Notes: generated from the sequence alone by a model not told the origin. Positions 12,292-24,337 are shown, counted from the stretch's first letter. The stretch: DNA of 64,000 nucleotides from Callorhinchus milii (GCF_018977255.1 NW_024704743.1:36334001-36398000), one strand, 5' to 3'. Numbers and translations are program-made.

Positions 12292-15029
12292 TCAATCCCA
12301 CTTCCCAACCCTTTCCCCATAACCCTGCAAACCCGTCCTCCTCAAATACCCATTCACCGCATTTTTAAAAGTAGTTATCGAATCGGCCTCGACCACCCTT
12401 TCAGGCAATGCGTTCCAGATTCGAACAACTCGCTGCGTGAAAAAATTTCTTCTCACCTCCCCTCTGCTTCTTTTAGATACTATTTTAAATCTGTGACCTC
12501 AAGTCACTGACACACCCACCAGTGGAAACAATTTTTCCCTTTCTAACCTATCAAATCCCCTCATGATTTTGAAGACCTCTATTAGGTCTCCTCGTAACCT
12601 TCTCTGCTCCAATGAGAATAATCCCAGCCTCTCGAGCCTTTCCTCATAATCAAGGTCCCTCATTCCTGGTACCATCCTCATAAATCTCCTCTACACCCTT
12701 TCCAATGCCTTAACATCCTTCCTATAGTGTTGTGCCCAGAACTGGGCGCAGTATTCTAACTGAGGCGTAACCAGTGTTTTATATAGGTTAGTCATAACCT
12801 CCTGACTCTTGTACTCTATGCCCCTATTTATAAAGCCTAGTATCCCATATGCCCTCTTTACAGCTTTAGATACCTGTCCTGCCACCTTCAAGGATTCATT
12901 TACCTGAACCCCCAGGTCTCTCTGTTCCTTCACCCCCCTTAAGATTGTATTATTTAGCCAATATTGCCTCAGCTAATTTTTTCTACCAAAATGCATTACC
13001 TCGCATTTCTCCACATTGAAATTCATCTGCCATATGTCTACCCATTTTACCATTCTGTCTATGTCTTCCTGCAGTTGGCTACTATCCTTCTCACTGTTTA
13101 CCACCCTACCTAACTTTGTGTCGTCCTCAAACTTGGAAATGGTGCTTGCTATACCCAAGTCCAGATCATTTATATATATTAAGAAGAGCAGTGGTCCTAA
13201 TACCGATCCTTGGGGGACACCACAGTACACTTCCCTCCAGTCAGAAAAGCAGCCGTTCACCACAACTCTCTGCTTTCTGTCTCCCAGCCAGTTCTGGATC
13301 CATACTGCCACTGTCCCTTTTATACCATGGGCTTCTATCTTTCTTACAAGTCTTTCATGTGACACTTTGTCAAATGCCTTTTGAAAGTCCATATAAACTA
13401 CATCAACTGCACTACCTTTATCCTCCCTCTCCGTTACCTCATCAAAAAATTCTATTAGATTTGTTAGACAAGATTTACCTTTAACAAATCCGTGCTGGCT
13501 GCCCCTAATTAACCCATATTTTTCTAAGTGAAGATTTATTCTGTCCCGGATTATAGTCTCCAGGAGTTTCCCCACTACTGATGTTAGGCTGACTGGCCTG
13601 TAGTTCCCAGGTTGTCCTTCTGTCCCTTTTTGTACTGGGGAGTTACATTGGCCACTCTCCAGTCCTCTGGCACCATCCCTGTGTCCAACGAAGATTGAAA
13701 AATTGTAGCCAAAGCCTCAGCTATTTGTACCCGTGCCTCCCATAGTAACTTTGGTTGCATCCCGTCCAGAGTGGGCGACTTATCTACCTTCAGCACAGTC
13801 AACCTTTTCAGTACTTCCTCTCTGTTTATACTTATCCTATCCATTTCCTCTACCCTCTCCTCTGATACTGCGGCATTTGGTGCATCCACTTTTTTTGTGA
13901 AGACAGATGCAAAGCACTCATTCAGTACATCAGCCATACCCTCTGCCTCCACAATAACATTTCCGCCTTGGTCCTTAATTGGCCCCACCCTAACTTTGAT
14001 TAGCCTTTTTTCCTTGATATGTTTGTAAAATATTTTAGAATTCCCTTTAGTGTTACCCGCTAACCTTTTTTCGTATAATCTTTTTGCGCCTCTTATTTCC
14101 TTTTTCAAACCTCTTCTGCACTTCCTATATTCTATTTGCTTGTCTTCTGTATCTTGGGTTTGACATTTGTCATACGCCTCCTTTTTCTGCTTCGTTCTAG
14201 ATACAATTACCTTCGTCATCCAGGGAGGTTTGGATGCCCTACTTTTCCCTTTTGTGGGAATGTATTTATTCTGTCCCTGAGCTATCTCATCCTTGAAGAC
14301 TTCCCACTGCCCTTTAGTTGTTTTACCTGCCAATTTTTCTTTCCAGTCCACCTTGGCTAGGTCGCTTTTTAACTCACTGAAATTTGCTCTCTTCCAGTTG
14401 AGTATCTTCACCTTAGATGGTTCCTTGTCTCTTTCCATATGCACTCTGAATCTAATGATGTTATGATCACTATTGCCCAGATGCTCTCCCACTGAAACCT
14501 GCTCCACTTGCCCCACTTCATTCCCCAGAACTAGATTTAGCACTGCTTCCTTCCTCGTTGGGCTGGAAACGTACTGATCAAGAAAGTTGTCCTGTACGCA
14601 TTTTAGGAATCTTTCCCCCTCCTTGCCCTTTGCGCTGTTATTTTGCCAGACTATGCTGGGATAATTAAAGTCCCCCATTATCAAGACTCTATTGGCCTTG
14701 CATCTGTCTGAGATCTGCTTGCAGATCTGCTCATCTATTTTCTTCCCACTATTTGGTGGTCTATAGTATACCTCTACCAGCGTAACAGCTCCTTTTTTGT
14801 TCCTTAACTCTAACCGGATAGATTCCGTTTTGGGGCCTTCCAGCACCTCGACCCTTTCCATGGCTATAACCGTATCCTTGATTAATACTGCCCCACCCCC
14901 TCCTTTTTTTCCATCCCTATCCCTCCTGAATACATTATAGCCAGGAATATTCAGCTCCCATTCCCATCCTTGTTTGAGGCACGTCTCTGTTACTGCTACT
15001 ACATCGTATCCCCCTATGACCACTTGAGC
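12292..15029 (-). pseudogene. CR1 ORF2 (APE endonuclease + reverse transcriptase), disrupted
   Basis: Motifs YDVVAVTET, VYYRPP, MGDFN, SDHN, QHGF, YMDFQKAFD, GVPQGSVLGP, FEDDTKL, EKCEVMHFG, RRLRGDLIEVFKI, RNFFTQRVVRIWNALP. One 1-bp frameshift near 13608; in-frame stops at 12973, 12691 and 12499; natural stop at 12292-12294; the N-terminus is missing. Confidence 0.95.
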
Positions 15030-15259
15030 CTACTTTCTCTTTGACCGTGCCTTCAGCTCCCCTCTCGACTCTCTTCCCCCTCCTCGCTCCCTCCCTTCCC
15101 TCCCCTCACCCTGACCATTTCCCCCTCCTCGCTCCCTCCCTTCCCTCCCCTCACCCTGACCATTCCCCTGCTCGGGTCCTGACCCAACTGTGCAGCGCCT
15201 TGGGACGTCCTCCTGACGTGAAAGGCGCTTTATAAATGGAATCTTGTTGTTGTTGTTGT
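15030..15259 (+). mobile_element. L2 3' end fragment inside the CR1, with a 45-bp tandem duplication (15076-15164)
   Basis: tttgaccgtgccttc, C-rich 3'UTR, then gggacgtcctcctgacgtgaaaggcgc...(ttg)n. Confidence 0.9.
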
Positions 15260-15529
15260 ACGTCCCAAAGCGCTTCACAGAACACACTGTAAAGTGAATT
15301 GACTGTATATTTGTGGGCGAACGCGGCAGCCAATTGCGCACAGCAATGTCCCACAAACAGTCGTGGATTGAAAATGACCAATTTATTATTGTTTTTGGTT
15401 TTGGAGGGATTATTATTAGGCGTGTGGAGTAAGGAAACTTGCCCAAGGTTTCGCCCTGACCTGCCTGGAATTGAACTCAGGTCTCTCGCTTGCAAAGTGA
15501 GTGCTCTAACCACTGAGCTACAGGACTCC
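15260..15529 (-). mobile_element. Young tRNA-Ala SINE, short subtype, 3'-truncated
   Basis: Nearly identical to 19060-19384 and 44050-44387 but stops at ...tttgggacgt. Confidence 0.93.
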
Positions 15530-16019
15530 AGAGTACCGGTTTGAGAGTGCTACACTATTGGGGGCATTCTGCCCAGCCCGTCCCCTCTTCCTACCATGCC
15601 AGACAGTCACCCAGTCATTTTCCGTCGTAACCCTCAGTGTGTGGGGTGGGGTGGCCACCTCCTTAGGTGTCTGGAGCATCAAATACTCACATCCGTTGTA
15701 CAAGTTTGAAGCCCAAGGCTCCATCACCCCTCTCTTAGACATTATCTGCAGGACTGATGAAACCATCCTGTCCCTGAGCATTAACCAGATGCAAGCATCT
15801 CCAGAGTCTCAGGGTAGTGATGGTTTCCTCCATCATACTATCCAGGAACCTCTCACTGTCCCTGATGGAGCGCAGTGTCTGCACCTCGACTTCCAACTCA
15901 GCTACTCTCAGCTGGAGCTTCCTGAGTTGCAGACACTTGCTGCAGATGAAGTCGCCCGGGCTCAGGGCGCCCCCTATTAACTCCCACATGTCACAGTCCT
16001 CGCATTTCACTTGCCACAT
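15530..16019 (-). pseudogene. CR1 ORF1 N-terminal part (CxxC...CxxC zinc finger + coiled coil), disrupted
   Basis: MWQVKCEDCDMWE...FICSKCLQLRKLQLRVAELEVEVQTLRSIR, then in another frame WVTV...VALSNRY; these are typical CR1 ORF1 motifs. The C-terminal esterase-like domain is absent. Confidence 0.8.
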
Positions 16020-17459
16020 CGTCTTCTCACACAGTGTTTTCAATATACATATTTTTTATTTTTATTTTATTCTTTTAATTTGCCGTCAATGTTGTAGTTT
16101 CTGACAGTTCCTTGTTTATCGTTGTTTGTCCCTGGTTCTGCTGTTGAAAAATGACGTCATACCAATGTCATTTTTTCCTTTTTCTTTGCTCTGACAGTAG
16201 CTTACCTCAGCCTCTCCTTTTATGCTGATCGCTAGGCTCAGGTTCCAACTCCACTCTGTCCTGATTGCTCTCCCCGAATAAGCAGGCACCTTGCTTCCTG
16301 TTCTCAGTACAATATAAAACATCACACCATAGTAATAGGACCATAGTCATGTATAGTACTAGAAAAAGATCATTGTGGTTCATTAGAACAAAATAATCCT
16401 ACACAAATCTATCTCACACACCCTAAAAAAAACTGCAGTAAAAGAGTCCTGGGTGTCTTTTTGCCATGATACGATTTCATGGAACTTGGAAATGAGTTCG
16501 GCATCCGAAAGGAATTCTGACGGATCGGTGTGAGACTAGTCCAAGTATGTACAGGATTCGCTAATTTCAAATCCTTTTAGGCATGCTGCACATTGGACCA
16601 ATGTTTTCATGTACACTAGCACAGCAGAGGTAGTTTGTTCTTTATGGGACAACTGTTTGACGATTCAGAGGCAGCCTCACACTAATGCTATATAAATGCA
16701 ACTTTCTGTAATTAAATCTTCTTGTGATTAAAAAATGTTACAAAATGCCTTATTTTAACAATATTACAAAGCAAATAAAATCAAATGGTATAAGAGTAGT
16801 CTCAATTTTTTAAATAAATTGTCCAACCATGGCATCTTAGTAGTAACATGTTGTTTGATTTCAAAATGGCGTTAAACTCAAAGCTTTCTGGTCCATATTC
16901 CACACTAGGAAGTGGATAACAAATGTATTCATCTTCTTTTATCTTGAGGTTATCTGTTCGCTTTGATATATTTGTTCTCATTCATTAAAGATTTTGAGCA
17001 TGAAATAATGGGCTACTTACCTGAATCAGGGAACATTAGTCAACCAAACCTACATCTTACACAATAGCAAATCCATTTGGCATTGCAAAGACAGATGTAC
17101 CTTTTATCTCTAGAATTTCTCTCTAGAATTTATTTCCATTAAGATTTGATAATAAATAGATTCCGAAGCAAAATGATTGTTTATGGGCGGAAAAAAATCT
17201 AATATACTTTATTTATACCATGAAAGATTTGAAGAAGGAGGTCAGACACAAATATAGCAATGACTCCCTATGATAACTTTTAGTACTTTGTAAAATTTGG
17301 GATCTCTGTGCTTCTATAAACTCTCCAAAGAGCACACTAACAGTATAAATCATTATTACAGAATGCTAACTCAATTGAAGCCTCCAAATGAAATGACCAA
17401 CTCGTCTGCAAGTACTTCAGACATCGTTTGGCTTTAGTTCAGTGTCACACCGCTCCTTG

Positions 17460-17578
17460 TTTCACCCACAAATATACAGTCAATTCACTCTACAGTCTAT
17501 TCTGTGAAGCGCTTTGAGACATCGAGAACACGTGAAAACCGCTATATCAAATGCAAGGATTATTATTATATTATTGTT
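17460..17578 (+). mobile_element. tRNA-Ala SINE 3' fragment
   Basis: cccacaaatatacagtcaattcac...gctatatcaaatgcaaggattatt. Similar tail-only pieces occur near 330-450, 11935-12050, 34505-34615, 35155-35260, 45025-45083, 50600-50705 and 58635-58720. Confidence 0.85.
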
Positions 17579-18382
17579 GTGTTCTCTGCTAATTGAAGCC
17601 GTAGTGCTAAGTCGAGCTAATTCCAAGGTCTGATTTCTAATCTTCCTTTGACAAACAGGGTGACAGCAAACCAAATAGTGTGACATGGGTGAAATTATAT
17701 CTGCAATTTATGGCAACAGGCAGAATAATCAGATGGAGTTGTCTCTGTATCTCGGGAAGATATGTGTCATTGTCGGGCAATAGCCAGTGAAAAAAAATGT
17801 AAAGAATTAGCTTCAAAACATGCTAGAATGTTTCTATCTTGTTTTCCTCATCCATCTTCATTTGACCTCTTTCCTCTTGTATTACAGAGGGCACTCAGTC
17901 TGGATCAGTGATTGCCAATACAGATCTGTATTTACCATTAGCATGAAACCTCTGCGTGTTAGAAGCTTTCTTGTAATCATATTTACAGTTTTAACGAGTC
18001 TTTCTTCACAATATTCATTATTCTCATATCATTAACTATAACTTTTGTTAAACGTAAGTTGTTATACTGTATGTACTTTATCATCAGAAATGTTCCGTTT
18101 CCCCTATAATCAACTAAAGAGTGTACTGTATTTTATGTTACATATCGTGTTATGTTCTGTTTACATACTGGCTTATTTCATCACGGAGTTAAATTGTGGA
18201 AATTACAGCAGAAAGTAAGAAGTATATTTGAAGTGGTAAATAGACTAGTTTTACAAGCTATTGAAACAAGAAAAACATCTGTGCAGGGAGCCAGGCAGCA
18301 CATCCACAAGTACAATAAATCAATAGTATATTGTTATTGCTCAGTATTTTCCATTTTTTGAAGATCTCACTGTTTAGGAATC

Positions 18383-18565
18383 ACAACAACAACAACAACA
18401 ACAAGATTGCATTTATAGAGTGCCTTTCACGTCTGGAGGACGTCCCAAGGCGCTGGATAGTTGGGTCGGGACCCGAGCAGGGGGGAAATGGTCAGGGTGA
18501 GGGGAGGGACGGGATGGAGCGAGGAGTGGGTAGAGAGTCGAGAGGGGAGGTGAAGGCACGGAGAT
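18383..18565 (-). mobile_element. L2 3' end fragment
   Basis: (aac)n plus the tail; same subfamily as 15030-15259 but without the duplication. Confidence 0.9.
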
Positions 18566-19059
18566 AAGTGGGCAATCAATTCTCTGTTCTGGCTGTGGAT
18601 GATGTTTCAATAATGTGACAGGTAAGGGTACATGTCCACAGTGTGAACAGCCTCCAGGCCTGCATGACAAGCAATGTGTGTAATTGTTATAATTTGTAGC
18701 TTAGAGTTCAAAGTTGCTCATAGGCTATTTATGTTGCCTACAGAAATATTGTAACTTTATTATGATAGTGAGGCTAACACTCTTTGAGGTCTGTGGAACA
18801 TATCTTTGGCTTTTCAATCCTTTGAGCCATTAAAAATGATTTAGTACTGCACTATAATCTATCGTATGAGTCTTGCATTCAAAATTCAAGATGTTATTTG
18901 AGCACAGAAAAAGTAGTTAGAATGTGTTTTCACCACTTTGTAAGAGAATGCGATTTTTTTCACGTGCAGTACATAGAAATCTATTGTTCTTAATAATTTC
19001 ACATTTGTTTCAGGACATAGGCAGGCACCGACCAATGAGCCTGTTAAGTCATTTTATTC

Positions 19060-19384
19060 GGAGTCCTGTAGCTCAGTGGTTAGAGCACTCGCTTTGCAAG
19101 CGAGAGACCTGAGTTCAATTCCAGGCAGAGGGCGAAACCTTGGGCAAGTTTCCTTACTCCACACGCCTAATAATAATCCCTCCAAAAACAAAAACAATAA
19201 TAAATTGGTCATTTTCAATCTACGACTGTTTGTGGGACATTGCTGTGCGCAATTGGCTGCCGCGTTCGCCCACAAATATACAGTCAATTCACTTTACAGT
19301 GTGTTCTGTGAAGCGCTTTGGGTCGTCCTCCTGATGTGAAAAGCGCTATATCAAATGCAAGGATTATTATCATTATTATTATTA
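19060..19384 (+). mobile_element. Young full-length tRNA-Ala SINE, short subtype
   Basis: A box tagctcagtgg, anticodon arm ctcgc-tttgcaa-gcgag (TGC), B box gagttcaattcc, Deu-like 3' body, L2-type tail, (att)n. Confidence 0.95.
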
Positions 19385-20589
19385 CATCATAGCAGATCAT
19401 TTTATCACTTTACATATCTTTTCTCTACATCTCTTAATTCCCAAGTAATCTATGTCTCCCTTTTCAAACTTTTGAATTGGTACTGCATGTCTGTATAGGA
19501 GATTGAAATTAGAAGGTATATTCAATGATTAATAATTAACACATCGTGTTGATGTAGAAAAACAGCTGTAATGGTTACACATTAATGGGTATTCTTTTCA
19601 GTTAAACAGATAAAACAGTTTCCGTCAAACAAAATGTTCTACCTCATGCCTGATTAGAAATGAACTATGACTGACTAATAAATGTGTTCTGATGTTAACA
19701 CAGTGAATTTCAGTATGTGATGAAACATTTTCTGATGCATTGTGAAATCTGCTATGATCCACAATCTACGAATGCCTTCTGTTTCACTCAGTGATATCCA
19801 GGAAATTATCCCATTGCATTAAATGAGAAATGTCTCTATCCCATCTAACCTGTCCCTTTCCTGAGCACATACAATCTACCCGAGCATTGATTGTACCATA
19901 CTTTATTAATTCCTTGAGAGTCACTTTTGTAAAGGTTTTCGCTGACCCACGATAGCAGTCAATGGGGGAAAAAATCTGAATATCTCTTCAGATCTCTGCT
20001 CTATGTTCTGTATGGTTGAGTTCAAAGGACATTTCTTTGATCAGAACATCACTTTTTCCAAGGAGAATTTAATCATCTTTGTTCATATTTACCTCTTAAA
20101 CTTTCCATATGCTATCTAGATATTTATGCAGTTCTTGCAACAAAGCTTATCTGTTTTGCCTTGAGCAAATCCTACATATCCTCTCCTCTGCAGGAAATAA
20201 AAATATCTTTATCTCCAGTACCATATTATACTAATTCATTTACTTATCCTTTAATTTGCTTTCACAGTTCACAGGCCTGTATTTATGATTTGTTCTTTCA
20301 TCGTTTATCCATGTGAAGTTGTTGAATGTAAATTCAATCAAATCTACTTTATTTAAAATTTCTGGGAGAAAAAGGACAAGGCGGCAGCACTGGCACCAGA
20401 GATGGAATGAGTCATTTGCTCTATGTTTAGATCATTCTGCATCATGAAAGCTGCAATGGTCAACGAGTCATCCTGTTGTGAGTTTGGCTCGGCAATCCTA
20501 CAAAGGGTTCAGATGAGCCCCACTCTGTAACCATGCTGTGCGTACATGTGATCGTCCAAAATCTATCAGGACAATGGTCAAAGAAATGA

Positions 20590-20990
20590 AGTAAACTGGA
20601 AAAGAGAGCCGATATGATTGCATTTTTTAAGATTCTAAAGAGACTGGATAATGTAGAAGACCATGACAATGTAGAAGACCATGTTATCTTGTACTGAAAA
20701 GTAGAACCAGATTGAAGGGGGAAAATTCAAAACAAATCTGTGGAAACACTGCTTCAGTGAGCGAGTAGTAAACATATGGAACAGGCTCCCTTGGGAGACA
20801 GCGGAAGCAGAAAGTGTCAATTCTCTCAAAGAAAGCAAATTAGATAGATTTATTTGAGGAAATAATATCTTGGGATATATTATATAGTTCGGGACACAAC
20901 ATGTGCATGCGAATGCCAGGATGATTGCAGGTGAACTGAAAAGACCTTGGTCTTCTTTCGTCTAGCAATACTTATGTTATGTTCTAAATT
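20590..20990 (+). mobile_element. Old CR1 3' fragment
   Basis: Degenerate DMIAFFKILK and FSERVVNIWNRLP motifs; cttatgtt-type tail. Confidence 0.7.
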
Positions 20991-21289
20991 GGTCTGCACA
21001 CAATGGGAGGATTGAAATCTCCTTTGTTCAGATAAAACATTTAAAAATATATATACAAAGGCTGATTCTAATATTGTTCATTCAAGTTAGGATTTTGGAA
21101 ACAAAAGCATGTTGATCCTTAGATTCATAAGTTCCATAAAAGAAACAACACTATAACAGGATATGACTCAAGGTTCACAAGACTGTAAAAGTCATAGCAC
21201 AGATGAATAAGGCCATAAAAATTAGAAATAGTGTTCTTGGCTTTATGTCCAGAAGAATTGAGTACAAATGTAGAAGAGTAACGTTAACA

Positions 21290-21470
21290 ATAAAAAATTG
21301 ATCATTTTCAATCCACGACTGTTTGTGGGACACTGCTGTGCGCAATTGGCTGCCGCATTTTGCCCACAAATATACAGTCAATTCACTCTACAGCACATTC
21401 TGTGAAGCGCTTTGAGACGTCGGGAAGACGTGAAAAGCGCTATATCAAATGCAAGGATTATTATTATTAT
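21290..21470 (+). mobile_element. tRNA-Ala SINE 3' half nested in CR1
   Basis: Matches 19200-19384. Confidence 0.9.
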
Positions 21471-21836
21471 ATAAAAACCATGGTTAGACCGTATTTAGAG
21501 TATTGTGTGCTGTTCTGGCCATCTTATTACAGCAATGGAGAGAGTCCTGCACGATTTACTAGAATTATGATTAGACATGTTAGAGCTTTTCTCTCTGGAG
21601 ATGCAATGACTGAGAGGCGACCCGATAGAGTTGTTTGAAATCATGAAAAGTTTTGACAAGATTTGGTTAATAGACTGTTGCATTGTTTGGTGGTCCAAAA
21701 TAAGGGAATCTAAATATAAGATAGCCACTTATGTTTCTAAAAGGGAGTTTAGAAGGAACTTCTTTACACAGAGGGTGATGAAAATGGGGAGCACACTATC
21801 GGAAACAGATTGAAGTGGAAAGTATCAGCATTATGT

Positions 21837-22400
21837 GGAGTTCTGTAGCTTAGTGGTTAGAGCAATCGTCTTGCAAGCGAGAGACCTGGGTTCTTTCCCC
21901 GACAGGGCAAAATGTTGGACAAGTTGCCTTACTCCACACACCTCTGTTTATCTAGCAGTAAGTAGGAACCCGGTTGTTAGTCGATTGACGGATCACTTTT
22001 CCGGGGATAATAATCCTTCAAAAAAATAAAGTAAAAAAATAATAATTTGCTCACTCAATCCATGACTGTATTCAAATGACCATTTTCTGTTTCTATTCTG
22101 TCCATGTCACTCATACAGTCCATTCCCATTAATATATTCATACAGCGGGAAATTTTATCATATAAATGTTTTAAATTTTTTTGCTGTTCGATGAGCTGCA
22201 CTCCAAGTGTTTTGGACCAAAACAATTGGTCACTTCAACCCACGACTGTTTGTGGGACACTACTGTGCGCAATTGACTGCCGAGTTTCGCCCACAAATAA
22301 ACAATCAATTCACTTTACAATCTATTCTGTGAAGCTCTTTGAGACGTCTAGAAGATGGGAAAATCGCTGTATCAAATGCAAGGATTATTATTATGATGAT
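21837..22400 (+). mobile_element. tRNA-Ala SINE, long subtype, split by ~150 bp of unrelated sequence
   Basis: Head and centre at 21837-22068, unrelated sequence at 22069-22220, 3' half at 22222-22400. Confidence 0.8.
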
Positions 22401-22760
22401 GAAATTCGATCCATAAATAAGGGAGAAGGGAATAGATAGGATAAGGAGGCTCATGTGGAGTATAAATACTGTCATGGACTAGTTGGGCTGAATAGCTGTT
22501 ACGTGCTGTAATGTTCCATATAATTGTTTCCCATTTCTGCAGTGAAATGCGTGATTGGAAAAAAAAACATCCTTGTGGCTGAGGTATGCTACACAGACAA
22601 GGGAAACGAGAAAAAAAGTACAATCGATTAATTTTTTTAAAATATGTAAATAATAATAATACTCCTTACATTTTTCATGCCAGGAGGACCTCTCAAAGAA
22701 CTTCACAGGATTCACTGTAGGTGGGTTTAATGCCGATTTGCGACCAGCAATGTCTCACAA

Positions 22761-24089
22761 CAACAACAACTTAGATTTATATAGCGCCCTCCACGCCGGA
22801 CGGCATCTCAGAGCGCTTCACAGTAATGGATCCCGGGGCCGAGCCAGGGGAGGGGGAGGAAGGTGACCAAAGACGCGGTCGAAAAGAAAGATCTTCAGCC
22901 AAGACCTGAAAATAGGAAGAGAGGGGGCGAAGCGAAGGGAGTGAGGAAGGGAGTTCCAGAGCCTCGGGGAGTAATGGCTGAAGGCACGGCCACCGATGGT
23001 GAAGCGAAGGATTCGGGGGACAAGGAGGAGGCCAGATCCGGTGGAGCGAAGGCAACGGGCACTGTTGTGAGGAGAGAGGAGGTCAAAGAGGTAGGGGAGG
23101 TGCAGAAGAGTGGAGGGATTTGAAGACAAGAGTGAGGATCTTGAAGTCGATCCTCTCTGGGACAGGCAGCCAGTGCAGTCTGGCAAGGACTGGGGTGATT
23201 GGGGAGCGAGGTTTGATATGGGTAAGACTGCAGATAGCAGAGTTTTGGATGACCTGGATTTTATGGATGGTAATGGATGGGAGGCTGGTGAGGAGGGCAT
23301 TTGAATAGTCCAGCTAAGAGGTGACAAAGGCATGGACCAGGGTTTTGGCGGCTTTCGGGGTGAGATATTGGCAGAGACGGGCAATGCATTGGAGGTGAGA
23401 GAAAGGGGTGCTGGTGAGGGACCGGATGTGGGGGAGGAAGGATAATTGGTCGTGAGTCGAACCTGACGCCTAGGTTGCATACGGGTTCGGAAAGTTTTAG
23501 GAGGGGGTGGGATAGGTGGAGAGGTGAGAACCGTGCGAGTTTAGACGTTGACGATAGCGAAAGATTATGGCTTCCGTCTTGTTAACATAGCTGAAGGAAA
23601 TTCACGCTCATCCAGTCTTTGATGTCTGACAGGCAGGCTGACAGAACATCAGGGGACTGGGGGTCACAAAGTGAGGTGGAAAAATAGAGTTGGGTGTCGT
23701 CCGCATACATGTGGAAGTGTACCCCATGTCTGCTAATGACAGCCCAAGAGGGAGCATATAGATTAGGAAGAGGAGGGGGCCAAGGATGGATCCTTGGGGG
23801 ACCCCGTGGGTAACTGGGTAATAGCGGGAGGAAAAGCCGTTTGCGCAGATGTACTGCTGGCGTTTTTTTGAGGTAGGACTCGAACCAGGCGAGTGCGGTC
23901 CCACTGAGGTGGATGACGGAGGAAAGGTGGTGGAGGAGGATGGCGTGATCGACTGTCGAAAGCGGCGGAGAGGTCCAGGAGGACAAAGAGGCAGAGGGAG
24001 CCCTGGTCACAGATAGAGAGGATGTCGTTTGAGACCTTCACAAGCGCAGTTTCTATATTGTGGGCAGGGCGGAAGCCGGACTGGTGGGG
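22761..24089 (-). mobile_element. 5'-truncated L2 LINE (RT to 3' end), TSD TCACAA, nested in a Deu SINE
   Basis: [38 protein letters not shown] and GGRAFSHYSPRLWNSLP across frameshifts; (gtt)n tail; tcacaa at 22755-22760 and 24090-24095. Confidence 0.93.
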
Positions 24090-24136
24090 TCACAAACAGC
24101 CATGAAATGAACGACCAATTTTATCTAAGTGATAGT

Positions 24137-24337
24137 GAAACTCCCTTCCTCACTCCCTTTGCGTCGTCCCCTCTTTTCCTACTTCCGGTCTCGGCTAAAG
24201 ACCTTTCTTTTCGACCGTGCCTTAGGTCACCTTCTTCCCCCTCCCCCTGGCTCAACCCCGGGATCCGTTATTGTGAAGCGCTCTGAGACACCGTCCAGCG
24301 TGGAGGGCACTATATAAATCCAAGTTGTTGTTGTTGT
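24137..24337 (+). mobile_element. L2 3' end fragment, same subfamily as 22761-24089
   Basis: Tail ccagcgtggagggcactatataaatccaag(ttg)n. Confidence 0.9.

Larger units (their letters stand above)
12185..16300 (-). mobile_element. Near full-length CR1-clade LINE, interrupted at 15030-15529
   Basis: ORF1 remnant, endonuclease+RT ORF2, CR1-type 3'UTR and (attctatg)-like octamer tail at 12185-12222. The 5' boundary is approximate and no TSD was found. Confidence 0.95.
21175..22520 (+). mobile_element. Old CR1 3' fragment with nested SINEs
   Basis: Translates LGFMSRRIEYK, KTMVRPYLEYCVLFW and RRNFFTQRV; 3'UTR gggctgaatagc lies near 22485. Confidence 0.8.

Noticed and set aside
13016..14360. Plus-strand ORFs over the CR1
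   Set aside because: Antisense shadows of ORF2.
19060..19132. tRNA-Ala(TGC) gene (also at 44050, 15457-15529, 21837, 1330-1404, 35700-35769)
   Set aside because: These are SINE heads: the acceptor stem is incomplete and each continues into the SINE body and tail.
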